A stretch of 64,000 bases of DNA from Anaerolineales bacterium. Lineage in GTDB: Bacteria; Chloroflexota; Anaerolineae; Anaerolineales; UBA4823. The stretch spans positions 233,580 to 297,579 of the forward strand of contig JAFGJM010000002.1 in NCBI GenBank assembly GCA_016929095.1. The letters run 5' to 3'. The notes beneath the pieces were generated by a model. The model saw only the letters and a program-made list of their open reading frames with translations. It did no database searches and had not been told where the DNA came from. The position numbers and the translations under genes are program-made. Shown piece by piece: positions 38,264 through 46,100 of this stretch (within the stretch, counting starts at the first letter, position 1; every line of letters begins with the position of its first letter).

Positions 38264-38322
38264 AATTGTCTGACAACAATAGTCTATCAAAAAAAAGTCT
38301 CTTTGTCAATTGTCAGACAATT
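38264..38322 (-). promoter_or_regulatory. Promoter of the deaminase-to-carbamate-kinase operon, flanked by two palindromic operator candidates
   Basis: Read on the minus strand: TTGACA (38304-38309), a 17-nt spacer, then TAGACT (38281-38286). A perfect 15-bp palindrome AATTGTCAGACAATT (38308-38322) abuts the -35. A second copy, AATTGTCTGACAAC (38264-38277), lies just downstream of the -10. Confidence 0.45.
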
Positions 38323-38323
38323 A

Positions 38324-38360
38324 AAAACCTCCTCACCCAATCTGAAGGTCAGGAGGTTTT
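38324..38360 (-). terminator. Candidate terminator of folD
   Basis: AAAACCTCCT...AGGAGGTTTT is a 10-bp stem with a 17-nt loop. On the minus strand the stem runs into a T tract. It lies about 50 nt after the folD stop. Confidence 0.45.
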
Positions 38361-38407
38361 ATTTTCAAAGTCAAATAACAGTTATTGATTCTCAATAATC
38401 CTTAGAT

Positions 38408-39295
38408 TTACTCTTTCACACCCTGAGTCATCTTTGCAGAATGTACCGTATTTCTCATCAGCATGGCGATGGTCATGGGGCCTACGCCACCGGGAACCGG
38501 GGTGATGGCGCTGGCGACTTCTTTCACCTCATCAAACATCACATCACCAACCAGGCGAGAACCTTTTGGATGGGTTGGGTCTTCGATGCGGTTGATACCC
38601 ACATCGATCACGACGGCGCCGGGTTTCACCCAGTCGCCGCGCACCATCTGCGCCCGTCCGACTGCCGCGATCAATACATCCGCCCCGCGGCATATTCCGG
38701 GCAGGTCTTTACTGCGCGAGTGGCAGATAGTAACAGTGGCGTTCTCACGCACTAACAACAAGGCAACCGGCATACCCACGATATTCGAACGTCCCAACAC
38801 CACGGCATTACAGCCTTCCAGCTTGGTACCTATGAGCTTCAGCATGTAAACACAACCATAGGGGGTGCAGGGGACAAACAAGGGATCGCGACCTTTCTGC
38901 GCCAACCGACCGATATTGATTGGATGAAAGCCGTCCACGTCTTTCTCAATGCTGATCGATTTGAGTACAGCCTCTTCATCCAGGGGACTGGGCAAAGGTA
39001 ATTGCACCAAAATACCGTCCACTCGTGGATCAGCATTTAATTCTCTAACTAATCCTTCCACTTCTTCCTGAGATGCCGTGGCTGGAAGTGTGTGCCCAAA
39101 GGATTCGATGCCAGCTTCGGCGCAAGCCTTTTGTTTCGAGCTGACGTACACTTTTGAAGCCGGGTTATCCCCCACCAATACCGTTGCCAATCCCGGAACG
39201 CGTAAACCCGCTTCTTTTAATTTTGTGACATCCTTGCCAGCTTGTTCACGGACCTGTAGCGCAAGCGCTTTTCCATCAATTATTGTTGCAGTCAT
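38408..39295 (-). CDS. folD: Bifunctional methylenetetrahydrofolate dehydrogenase/methenyl-THF cyclohydrolase
   Basis: GRSNIVGMPVALLL and PGGVGPMT motifs. 295 aa. Confidence 0.9.
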   Translation of the reverse strand: MTATIIDGKALALQVREQAGKDVTKLKEAGLRVPGLATVLVGDNPASKVYVSSKQKACAEAGIESFGHTLPATASQEEVEGLVRELNADPRVDGILVQLPLPSPLDEEAVLKSISIEKDVDGFHPINIGRLAQKGRDPLFVPCTPYGCVYMLKLIGTKLEGCNAVVLGRSNIVGMPVALLLVRENATVTICHSRSKDLPGICRGADVLIAAVGRAQMVRGDWVKPGAVVIDVGINRIEDPTHPKGSRLVGDVMFDEVKEVASAITPVPGGVGPMTIAMLMRNTVHSAKMTQGVKE

Positions 39296-39420
39296 AAATC
39301 ACTCCTTTTATAAAATAAGGCAACTCCTCAAAAACATATCAAGGTTTTTTGTTATGTTCACCCCGATGTATTGCCTGTCTGTTGTGCAGCAAACTCATAT
39401 GTCCCGCTACACTATGAATC

Positions 39421-39449
39421 ATTATGCACAAATTTGTCGTTCTTTGCAA
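39421..39449 (-). promoter_or_regulatory. Candidate folD promoter
   Basis: Read on the minus strand: TTGCAA (39444-39449), a 17-nt spacer, then CATAAT (39421-39426). Confidence 0.35.
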
Positions 39450-39469
39450 TTGACATTTGTCACCACCTA

Positions 39470-39498
39470 TTGATAAATCATTCCTGGTATTTTATAAT
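39470..39498 (+). promoter_or_regulatory. Candidate glnS promoter (a second overlapping one at 39450-39478)
   Basis: TTGATA (39470-39475), a 17-nt spacer, then TATAAT (39493-39498). Also TTGACA (39450-39455), 17 nt, ATAAAT (39473-39478). An AT-rich leader of about 165 nt follows. Confidence 0.4.
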
Positions 39499-39671
39499 CA
39501 TTTTATCCCTATGTACCATCAGATAAATCCAGGTTAATAATCTTATTTTATTATAACGAAAATGGAATATTCTTTGTATCCATTCTCTAAAATAAACGAA
39601 AAAGGATACAATAATGGTAAGGTATTATAATTATTACTCACAAAAAAATATTTTCAAGCTGGTAAAAAAAA

Positions 39672-41381
39672 ATGGATAACAATAATCTACCTGCCTCCCC
39701 GAAAGATTTTATTCGCGAGATCATCGACCAACATATGGTATCGAAACAATTTGATGGTAAAGTGCATACTCGCTTTCCACCGGAACCCAACGGCTATCTG
39801 CACATCGGTCACGCGAAATCTATTGCCCTCAATTCGGGAATTGCTGCCGAATATGGCGGAAAATTCAATCTGCGCTTTGATGATACCAACCCCAGCAAGG
39901 AAGAAGTGGAATATGTGGAATCGATCATCGAAGACGTACGCTGGTTAGGCGCAGATTGGGAAGACCGGTTGTTTTATGCTTCCGATTACTTCGATCAGCT
40001 ATATGATTACGCCATTCAGCTCATTCAAAAAGGAAAAGCCTATGTGGACGATCTGAGCGCCGAAGAGATGCGTGAATACCGCGGCACGCTTACTCAATCC
40101 GGGAAAGAAAGCCCGTATCGCAATCGCAGCATTGAAGAGAACCTGGATCTGTTCAAACGCATGCGCGCCGGCGAGTTCCCTGATGGGGCAAAAGTGCTGC
40201 GAGCCAAAATTGATATGGCTTCCCCGAATCTCAATCTACGAGATCCGGTCATTTACCGCATCAAACACGAAGACCATCATCGCACGGGGGATAAATGGTG
40301 TATTTACCCGATGTATGACTATACGCATTGTCTATCCGATTCAATCGAGGGTATCACCCATTCCATTTGTACACTGGAATTCGAAGATCACCGCCCGCTT
40401 TATGACTGGGTGCTGGATGAGTTGGAGGTATTTCACCCACAACAAATCGAGTTTGCCCGTCTCAACCTTAATTACACAGTCTTGAGTAAACGCAAATTAT
40501 TGCAACTGGTCAATGAAAAGCACGTTAGCGGATGGGACGATCCACGGATGCCCACCATATCGGGGTTTCGCCGCCGGGGTTACACAACCGAAGCGATCCG
40601 TAATTTTTGCGAACGTATCGGCGTGGCGAAGAATGACAGCGTGGTGGATATGGCTTTATTAGAATACTGTATTCGGGAAGACCTTAACAAACGCGCCCAA
40701 CGCGCCATGACAGTGCTGCGCCCATTAAAATTAGTATTGGACAATTATCCCGAAAATCAGGTCGAATATATGGAATGCATCAACAATCCAGAAGACCCAG
40801 CCATGGGCACCCGGAAAGTACCGTTTTCAAAAGTACTGTATATTGAAAAGGATGATTTCCGCGAAACACCTCCCAAGGGATATTTCCGCTTATTCCCTGG
40901 TAATGAGGTGCGCTTGCGCTATGCCTATGTCGTCAAGTGCGTTAGTTGTGTAAAGGATGATGATACCGGCGAAGTGGTCGAAGTACACTGCACCTATGAT
41001 CCGGCTACCCAGGGCGGCACCACTCCCGACGGGCGCAAGATCAAAAGCACCATCCATTGGGTGTCCGCCGACCATGCCTTCGATGCCGAAGTACGCCTTT
41101 ACGATCGTCTCTTTATCAAAGCCAATCCATCCGATTCTAAAGACGGCAAAGATTTCAAACACTACCTTAACCCCAATTCATTGGAAGTGCTGAAAGACTG
41201 CAAACTAGAGCCCTTCATGAAAGATGCCGCATCCGGTGAACGTTTCCAATTTGAGCGCCAGGGCTACTTTTGTGTGGATACTGTTGATTCGCAACCCGGT
41301 AAACCGGTATTCAACCAGACGGTATCTTTAAGAGACACCTGGGCAAAAATCGAACAGGCGCAGAAGAAATCGAAAAAATGA
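39672..41381 (+). CDS. glnS: Glutaminyl-tRNA synthetase
   Basis: [17 protein letters not shown] (HIGH motif), VLSKRKL (KMSKS-like) and a C-terminal anticodon-binding beta-barrel region. 569 aa. Confidence 0.9.
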   Translation: MDNNNLPASPKDFIREIIDQHMVSKQFDGKVHTRFPPEPNGYLHIGHAKSIALNSGIAAEYGGKFNLRFDDTNPSKEEVEYVESIIEDVRWLGADWEDRLFYASDYFDQLYDYAIQLIQKGKAYVDDLSAEEMREYRGTLTQSGKESPYRNRSIEENLDLFKRMRAGEFPDGAKVLRAKIDMASPNLNLRDPVIYRIKHEDHHRTGDKWCIYPMYDYTHCLSDSIEGITHSICTLEFEDHRPLYDWVLDELEVFHPQQIEFARLNLNYTVLSKRKLLQLVNEKHVSGWDDPRMPTISGFRRRGYTTEAIRNFCERIGVAKNDSVVDMALLEYCIREDLNKRAQRAMTVLRPLKLVLDNYPENQVEYMECINNPEDPAMGTRKVPFSKVLYIEKDDFRETPPKGYFRLFPGNEVRLRYAYVVKCVSCVKDDDTGEVVEVHCTYDPATQGGTTPDGRKIKSTIHWVSADHAFDAEVRLYDRLFIKANPSDSKDGKDFKHYLNPNSLEVLKDCKLEPFMKDAASGERFQFERQGYFCVDTVDSQPGKPVFNQTVSLRDTWAKIEQAQKKSKK

Positions 41382-41473
41382 AAATGCTTATAAGGAAGGC
41401 AGGAAAGCAGGAAATTATTTACTTGCGAAGTAATAAGCAAGCATTCCATAGTCGGCTATAGCGAAAAAAAAAT

Positions 41474-41501
41474 AAAAACACCCCTTCTCAGGGGTGTTTT
41501 T
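41474..41501. terminator. Bidirectional rho-independent terminator (glnS on + strand, tRNA-Gln on - strand)
   Basis: AAAAACACCCC-ttctca-GGGGTGTTTTT, flanked by A and T runs on both sides. Confidence 0.7.
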
Positions 41502-41507
41502 ATCAGG

Positions 41508-41578
41508 CTGGGGGTCGAGGATTCGAACCTCGGCATACGGATTCAGAGTCCGCTGTCCTACCACTAGACGAACCCCCA
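41508..41578 (-). tRNA. tRNA-Gln (anticodon CUG)
   Basis: Manual fold of the reverse complement gives acceptor TGGGGGT/ACCCCCA, D stem GTCT/GGAC, anticodon stem GCGGA/TCCGT with loop CTCTGAA, T arm CGAGG-TTCGAAT-CCTCG, and discriminator G. No CCA is encoded. Confidence 0.9.
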
Positions 41579-41625
41579 ACGAGTCCATATTGAGATTTTA
41601 CCATGTTGAGAGTTGATAGTCAATT

Positions 41626-43122
41626 TTATGTCGCCATTTTTTCCAACATCTTTATCCCATAAATAATCCTCTCCAACACCTTCTCTTTTCCGATGATTGC
41701 CATGCTCTCGATCAGTGGCGGGCTGACCGTCCTGCCTGTTACCGCCACTCTTAAGATGCCAAAAAACTGCCCCGCTTTCAAATGCAATTGATCTGCTAAA
41801 ACGCGTAAAGGGATCTCGGCTGTATCGATGTTAATGACCGGCAATTTGGAGAGAAGATCATACGCCACTTGCAATGCATCTGCAGATTCTTTAGCCGTCA
41901 TTTTTGCACCAATCAATTCCTCCGTTTTGGGATGTACTGTGTCCTCAAAGAAAAAGCCTCCCACAACAGGTGCATCATCCAATGTGGTAATCCTTTGTTG
42001 AATGATCGGGATAATTTCCAATAATATTTTCTCATCTACTTGATATCCGGCAGATTTAAAGAAAGGTAGCACTCGCTTACACAAATCCTGGGTGGATAAA
42101 TTCCGGATGTGCAGCCCATTGAAATGGTCGAACTTAGTGAAGTTGATGGCTGCCGGCGCCGGGTTTAACCGCTCCAAACTGAATTTCTCGATCATATCAT
42201 CCAACGAAAACATTTCCGTATGATCGTCATAACTCCATCCCATCAATGCGATCCAATTTACCACCGCTTCAGGAATATAACCCAACCCCTCTAAATCATT
42301 GACAAAGATCGAATAGCCATCTTTAATCAACTCTGCCGATTCACGCTTGCTCATTTTTCCTTTACCGCTGGGTTTCAAGAATATCGAAAGGTGCACCCAA
42401 ACCGGCTCTTGCCATCCAAAAGCGCGCACAATATGCGCATGCAAAGGAAATGTGGAAAGCCACTCGGAACCGCGGATCACATGTGAAATATCCATCAAAT
42501 GATCATCGACCATGGCTGCCAGGTGATACAGGGCGAACCCATCCGATCGAATGAGAATATAGTCATCGATCGAGCGGTTTTCTACCGTAATATCGCCCCT
42601 TAAATGATCTCGCACGGTGATACTGCCTTCTTTAGGCGTTTTAAATCGGATGACATGCGGTTCTCCGGCAGCGACCCGTTTCGCTGCTTCAACGGGATCC
42701 AGCTTGCGGCAAGTGCCATCGTATTTTTGCGGTGATTTCGAACGCTGTTGTTCTTGGCGTACTTTTGAAAGGCGTTCGGGGGTGCAAAAACAATAATACG
42801 CTTTATCCCGGGCAATTAATTGTTGTGCATGATCGAGATAGATTTCCTTCCGTTCCGATTGGCGATACGGTCCGCATGAACCTCCAATATCGGGGCCTTC
42901 ATCCCACTCCAAACCCAGCCAGCGCAATCCCTGCATTAACTCCTCTTCTGCCCCTGGGACAAATCGCTTAAGATCGATATCTTCGATACGTAAAATAAAC
43001 TTACCCCCCATTTGACGAGCCAACAAATAATCATATAAAGCAGTTCTTGCGCCCCCCAGATGCAAACGTCCTGTTGGAGATGGCGCAAAACGCACCCGGA
43101 TGGGTTGGTTAGATGGTTTCAT
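41626..43122 (-). CDS. gltX: Glutamyl-tRNA synthetase
   Basis: RFAPSPTGRLHLGGARTALY and KMSKRES motifs. 498 aa. Confidence 0.9.
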   Translation of the reverse strand: MKPSNQPIRVRFAPSPTGRLHLGGARTALYDYLLARQMGGKFILRIEDIDLKRFVPGAEEELMQGLRWLGLEWDEGPDIGGSCGPYRQSERKEIYLDHAQQLIARDKAYYCFCTPERLSKVRQEQQRSKSPQKYDGTCRKLDPVEAAKRVAAGEPHVIRFKTPKEGSITVRDHLRGDITVENRSIDDYILIRSDGFALYHLAAMVDDHLMDISHVIRGSEWLSTFPLHAHIVRAFGWQEPVWVHLSIFLKPSGKGKMSKRESAELIKDGYSIFVNDLEGLGYIPEAVVNWIALMGWSYDDHTEMFSLDDMIEKFSLERLNPAPAAINFTKFDHFNGLHIRNLSTQDLCKRVLPFFKSAGYQVDEKILLEIIPIIQQRITTLDDAPVVGGFFFEDTVHPKTEELIGAKMTAKESADALQVAYDLLSKLPVINIDTAEIPLRVLADQLHLKAGQFFGILRVAVTGRTVSPPLIESMAIIGKEKVLERIIYGIKMLEKMAT

Positions 43123-43133
43123 AATGCTCCTAA

Positions 43134-44237
43134 TTAAAATTCCAGGGTTTTATAGCGTAATACAACGCTTTCCACCAGACCGATGCCTAATAAGGTGGAA
43201 AGCAATGAACTACCACCATAACTGACGAACGGCATTGTCAATCCGGTGGCAGGCAATAGATTTAAATTCACGCCAATATTCACGATCGTTTGAAAGGCTA
43301 ATAGAGTTGCGACGCCAAAAGCAATAAGTGCGCCAAAGCTATCTTTGGCTATGCGGGCAGCGCGCAAACAACGCATGATCACGAACAGAAGCAAAGCCAG
43401 CACAATCACCGTTCCAATAAAACCGAATTCTTCCGCCATAGCTGAAAAAATGAAATCCGAGTGGCGCACTTTTAGAAAACGTAATTGCACCTGGGTGCCA
43501 TGACCATAACCTTGACCAAACCATCCTCCGGAACCGATACTGATCAAAGCCTGTTGCACATTGTAAATGTCACCATGGCGCGCCTCCGGGTCGGGAAAAA
43601 GAAAGTTAATAATGCGCCTCTGTTGATATTCCTCCAGGAATGGGTAGCTTACCACAGGGGCTAAAACGCCCAGTCCGATAAACATCATCAAATGCTTGAG
43701 CTGTAATCCAGCCGCCCATAATAAGGCAAACCATAAAACCAAAATCACGATCGAAGTACTTAGGTTAGGCTGCAATATAATCCAAATCACAATTCCCAGG
43801 GTAAGCAAGAAACTCCTCCCCACTAATTTCAGATCGAGAATTTCCGATTTGTGCACACTAAAAAAATGCGCCAGAACCAGGATGATAACGATTTTTGCCA
43901 GCTCAGAAGGTTGGATCAAGATCACCCCCGTATCGAACCAGCGGGCAGAACCAAAAAAAACGGCGCCAGCGGTGAATAAAACCGCCAGAAAAACAGCCAT
44001 TCCGATATACAGCGTTCGACTGATGGAAGACCAAAAATGGTAATCGATCATCGAGGTAATAATGATGACAATAAACCCGGCTATGGCAAAGATCGTTTGG
44101 CGTCCTACCAGATTCAACTCCAATAGTTCGATATTGCCTGCGACAGCCGAGCGGATCATAGTGATGCCAAAAATGGTCAACACCGCGACCGCCCCTAATA
44201 GCAGGAAATCGAAATTACGCCAATTGACAGTTTTCAT
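43134..44237 (-). CDS. rodA: SEDS-family peptidoglycan polymerase RodA (FtsW/RodA/SpoVE)
   Basis: 367-aa polytopic protein with SEDS-like segments (QPSELAKI, SDFIFSAMAEEFGFIG). Sits in a context of mrdA and mreBCD. Confidence 0.8.
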   Translation of the reverse strand: MKTVNWRNFDFLLLGAVAVLTIFGITMIRSAVAGNIELLELNLVGRQTIFAIAGFIVIIITSMIDYHFWSSISRTLYIGMAVFLAVLFTAGAVFFGSARWFDTGVILIQPSELAKIVIILVLAHFFSVHKSEILDLKLVGRSFLLTLGIVIWIILQPNLSTSIVILVLWFALLWAAGLQLKHLMMFIGLGVLAPVVSYPFLEEYQQRRIINFLFPDPEARHGDIYNVQQALISIGSGGWFGQGYGHGTQVQLRFLKVRHSDFIFSAMAEEFGFIGTVIVLALLLFVIMRCLRAARIAKDSFGALIAFGVATLLAFQTIVNIGVNLNLLPATGLTMPFVSYGGSSLLSTLLGIGLVESVVLRYKTLEF

Positions 44238-44242
44238 GACGT

Positions 44243-44512
44243 CTACCCGGAACCTCTTCGGCGAGAGGGCTTTAAAGGAATATCAGCAATCAATCGCTGC
44301 TGTCTTCCTTCTTGCGTCATTTCGATGCGAACAGAATCGGAGTCAATATCCACATGACGTGAGATCACGCCAATGATCTCATTTTTTAAATTTTCCAGCG
44401 TGTTTGTATTCATATTAACGCGATCATGGATTAATACCATTCGCATGCGCTCCTTGGCTTGATAAGCGCTTTTAGAATCTCTATTCAGCAGTCGATCGAG
44501 AAAACCACCCAT
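44243..44512 (-). CDS. minE: Cell division topological specificity factor MinE
   Basis: 89 aa. N-terminal amphipathic segment followed by AKERMRMVLIHDR, directly after minD. Confidence 0.85.
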   Translation of the reverse strand: MGGFLDRLLNRDSKSAYQAKERMRMVLIHDRVNMNTNTLENLKNEIIGVISRHVDIDSDSVRIEMTQEGRQQRLIADIPLKPSRRRGSG

Positions 44513-45316
44513 CTATCTCCCTCCTGTCCGGATCATTCTTGTCAGTTTTCCTAAGAAGCCGCCATTTTCGTCGAGCGCCAAAAAAGGAACTTTTTCACCC
44601 CTTAACCTTTGGGCAATATTACGAAAAGCCTGCCCGGCTCGACTCTTCCCATTCAATACAACCGGTGCGCCGCGGTTCGTCCCAGTGAGGACATTCTCAT
44701 CTTCTGGCACCAACCCGATCAATTCAATAGCCAGTAATTCTATGACATCTTCTGGTGAAAGCATCTCGCCGCGTTTTACCATATTCGGTTTAATACGGTT
44801 TATCAGTAAACGCGCCGGCCCTTTTTCTTCCGCTTCGATGAGTCCGATAATTCGATCGGCGTCTCTCACGGCAGCTACTTCAGGATTGGTAACCACCAAC
44901 GCCATATCGGTCGGAGCGATGGCATTCCTGAAACCCCGTTCAATCCCGGCTGGTGAATCGATGATCACCCAATCGAATTCTCCTCTCAACTCATCGCATA
45001 ACTTAATCATATCGCTGGGAGAAACAGCGCTTTTATCGCGAGTTTGGGCAGCAGGGATCAAATAAAGCTCAGGGAGCCGTTTATCGCGGATCAATGCCTG
45101 GCGAGTTCGGCAGCGCCCTTCAATTAAATCCACCAAATCATATACAATGCGGTTTTCCAAACCCAATACCACATCCAAATTGCGTAATCCAATATCGGCA
45201 TCAATGCAAACAACTTTTAAACCATCGGAAGCCAATGCGGCGCCCAGGTTTGCACAGGCAGTGGTTTTCCCTACCCCTCCTTTTCCCGATGTAATCGTTA
45301 TAACTTTTCCTGGCAT
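44513..45316 (-). CDS. minD: Septum site-determining ATPase MinD
   Basis: Deviant Walker A SGKGGVGKTT. 267 aa. Confidence 0.9.
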   Translation of the reverse strand: MPGKVITITSGKGGVGKTTACANLGAALASDGLKVVCIDADIGLRNLDVVLGLENRIVYDLVDLIEGRCRTRQALIRDKRLPELYLIPAAQTRDKSAVSPSDMIKLCDELRGEFDWVIIDSPAGIERGFRNAIAPTDMALVVTNPEVAAVRDADRIIGLIEAEEKGPARLLINRIKPNMVKRGEMLSPEDVIELLAIELIGLVPEDENVLTGTNRGAPVVLNGKSRAGQAFRNIAQRLRGEKVPFLALDENGGFLGKLTRMIRTGGR

Positions 45317-45341
45317 AATTCCATCCTGTGATTTTTAGTAT

Positions 45342-46073
45342 TTATTTCGGATTCCATAGCTCTGCGATCACACTCCCATCTCTTAAACGCACAATTTCTG
45401 GTTGTGCTTTTTTGCGTTGTTGGGGCGTGATAGATATCTGATCGGCAATACGTAGTTGAGTGGGCATTACATCCAAAGCACAAATTATCGCTTCCTTATT
45501 ACCTTCTGCCCCGGCGTGCGCCATTCCTCTTAACCGTCCCCATATGACAATATTACCACCTGCGATGATTTCTGCCCCCGGATTCACATCACCAATGACA
45601 ACCACATGCCCGGGAAATTGAATACTAAAACCCGATCTCAAGGTGCGGTGAAGTAATATCGCCTGCTCACCGCTTTGAATGCCCGGAGATATTGATTGTT
45701 CGGTTTGTTCCGGTTTGGCTTTGGTGAGTTGGATTTCCATGCCAAGTGTCTGCGCGGTTTGCTGGGTCGTTGGCGAGTCGCTGATCACCGCCCACAGGGT
45801 TATCTTTCGATCTGAAAGTTGATTGCGTAACTGACCGAGATCGGCAGCTTTTAATACCTGGCTGCCCACATCCAATGCCACACGCGCGCCGCATAGAAAT
45901 TCGGCCTGCTGGTCAATCTGTTCCAATAGAAAATCATGAACTTTCTGCCAATCACCGTCTTCCAGGATAATCAACAACCCCTCACGGATACCCTTTATTT
46001 GAATTTTTGGTTTCTCGGCAATACCAATATCACTTTCCACCGGTAACACACTCCACAATAATGAAATAAACAA
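45342..46073 (-). CDS. minC: Septum site-determining protein MinC
   Basis: C-terminal beta-helix motif VVIGDVNPGAEIIAGGNIVIWGRLRGMAHAG. The start is uncertain: the ORF track uses TTG 46073, and GTG 46040 is an alternative. Confidence 0.8.
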   Translation of the reverse strand: MFISLLWSVLPVESDIGIAEKPKIQIKGIREGLLIILEDGDWQKVHDFLLEQIDQQAEFLCGARVALDVGSQVLKAADLGQLRNQLSDRKITLWAVISDSPTTQQTAQTLGMEIQLTKAKPEQTEQSISPGIQSGEQAILLHRTLRSGFSIQFPGHVVVIGDVNPGAEIIAGGNIVIWGRLRGMAHAGAEGNKEAIICALDVMPTQLRIADQISITPQQRKKAQPEIVRLRDGSVIAELWNPK

Positions 46074-46100
46074 GTATTCGGAAAATTATAGCATGAACAT

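Noticed and set aside
12931-38290. Selenoprotein genes (ORF pairs split by in-frame TGA) near selB
   Set aside because: I saw no collinear same-frame ORF pairs separated by TGA. The only split gene in the window (61551-63053) is interrupted by TAG, not TGA.
39296-39420. THF or ZTP riboswitch in the folD leader
   Set aside because: I could not find the conserved ZTP (..CCGCCTGGGC) or THF core sequences.
39499-39671. T-box or other riboswitch in the long AT-rich glnS leader
   Set aside because: No T-box consensus (AATTAGGGTGGTACCGCG-like) or specifier/antiterminator architecture is visible. There is only a weak 8-bp hairpin.
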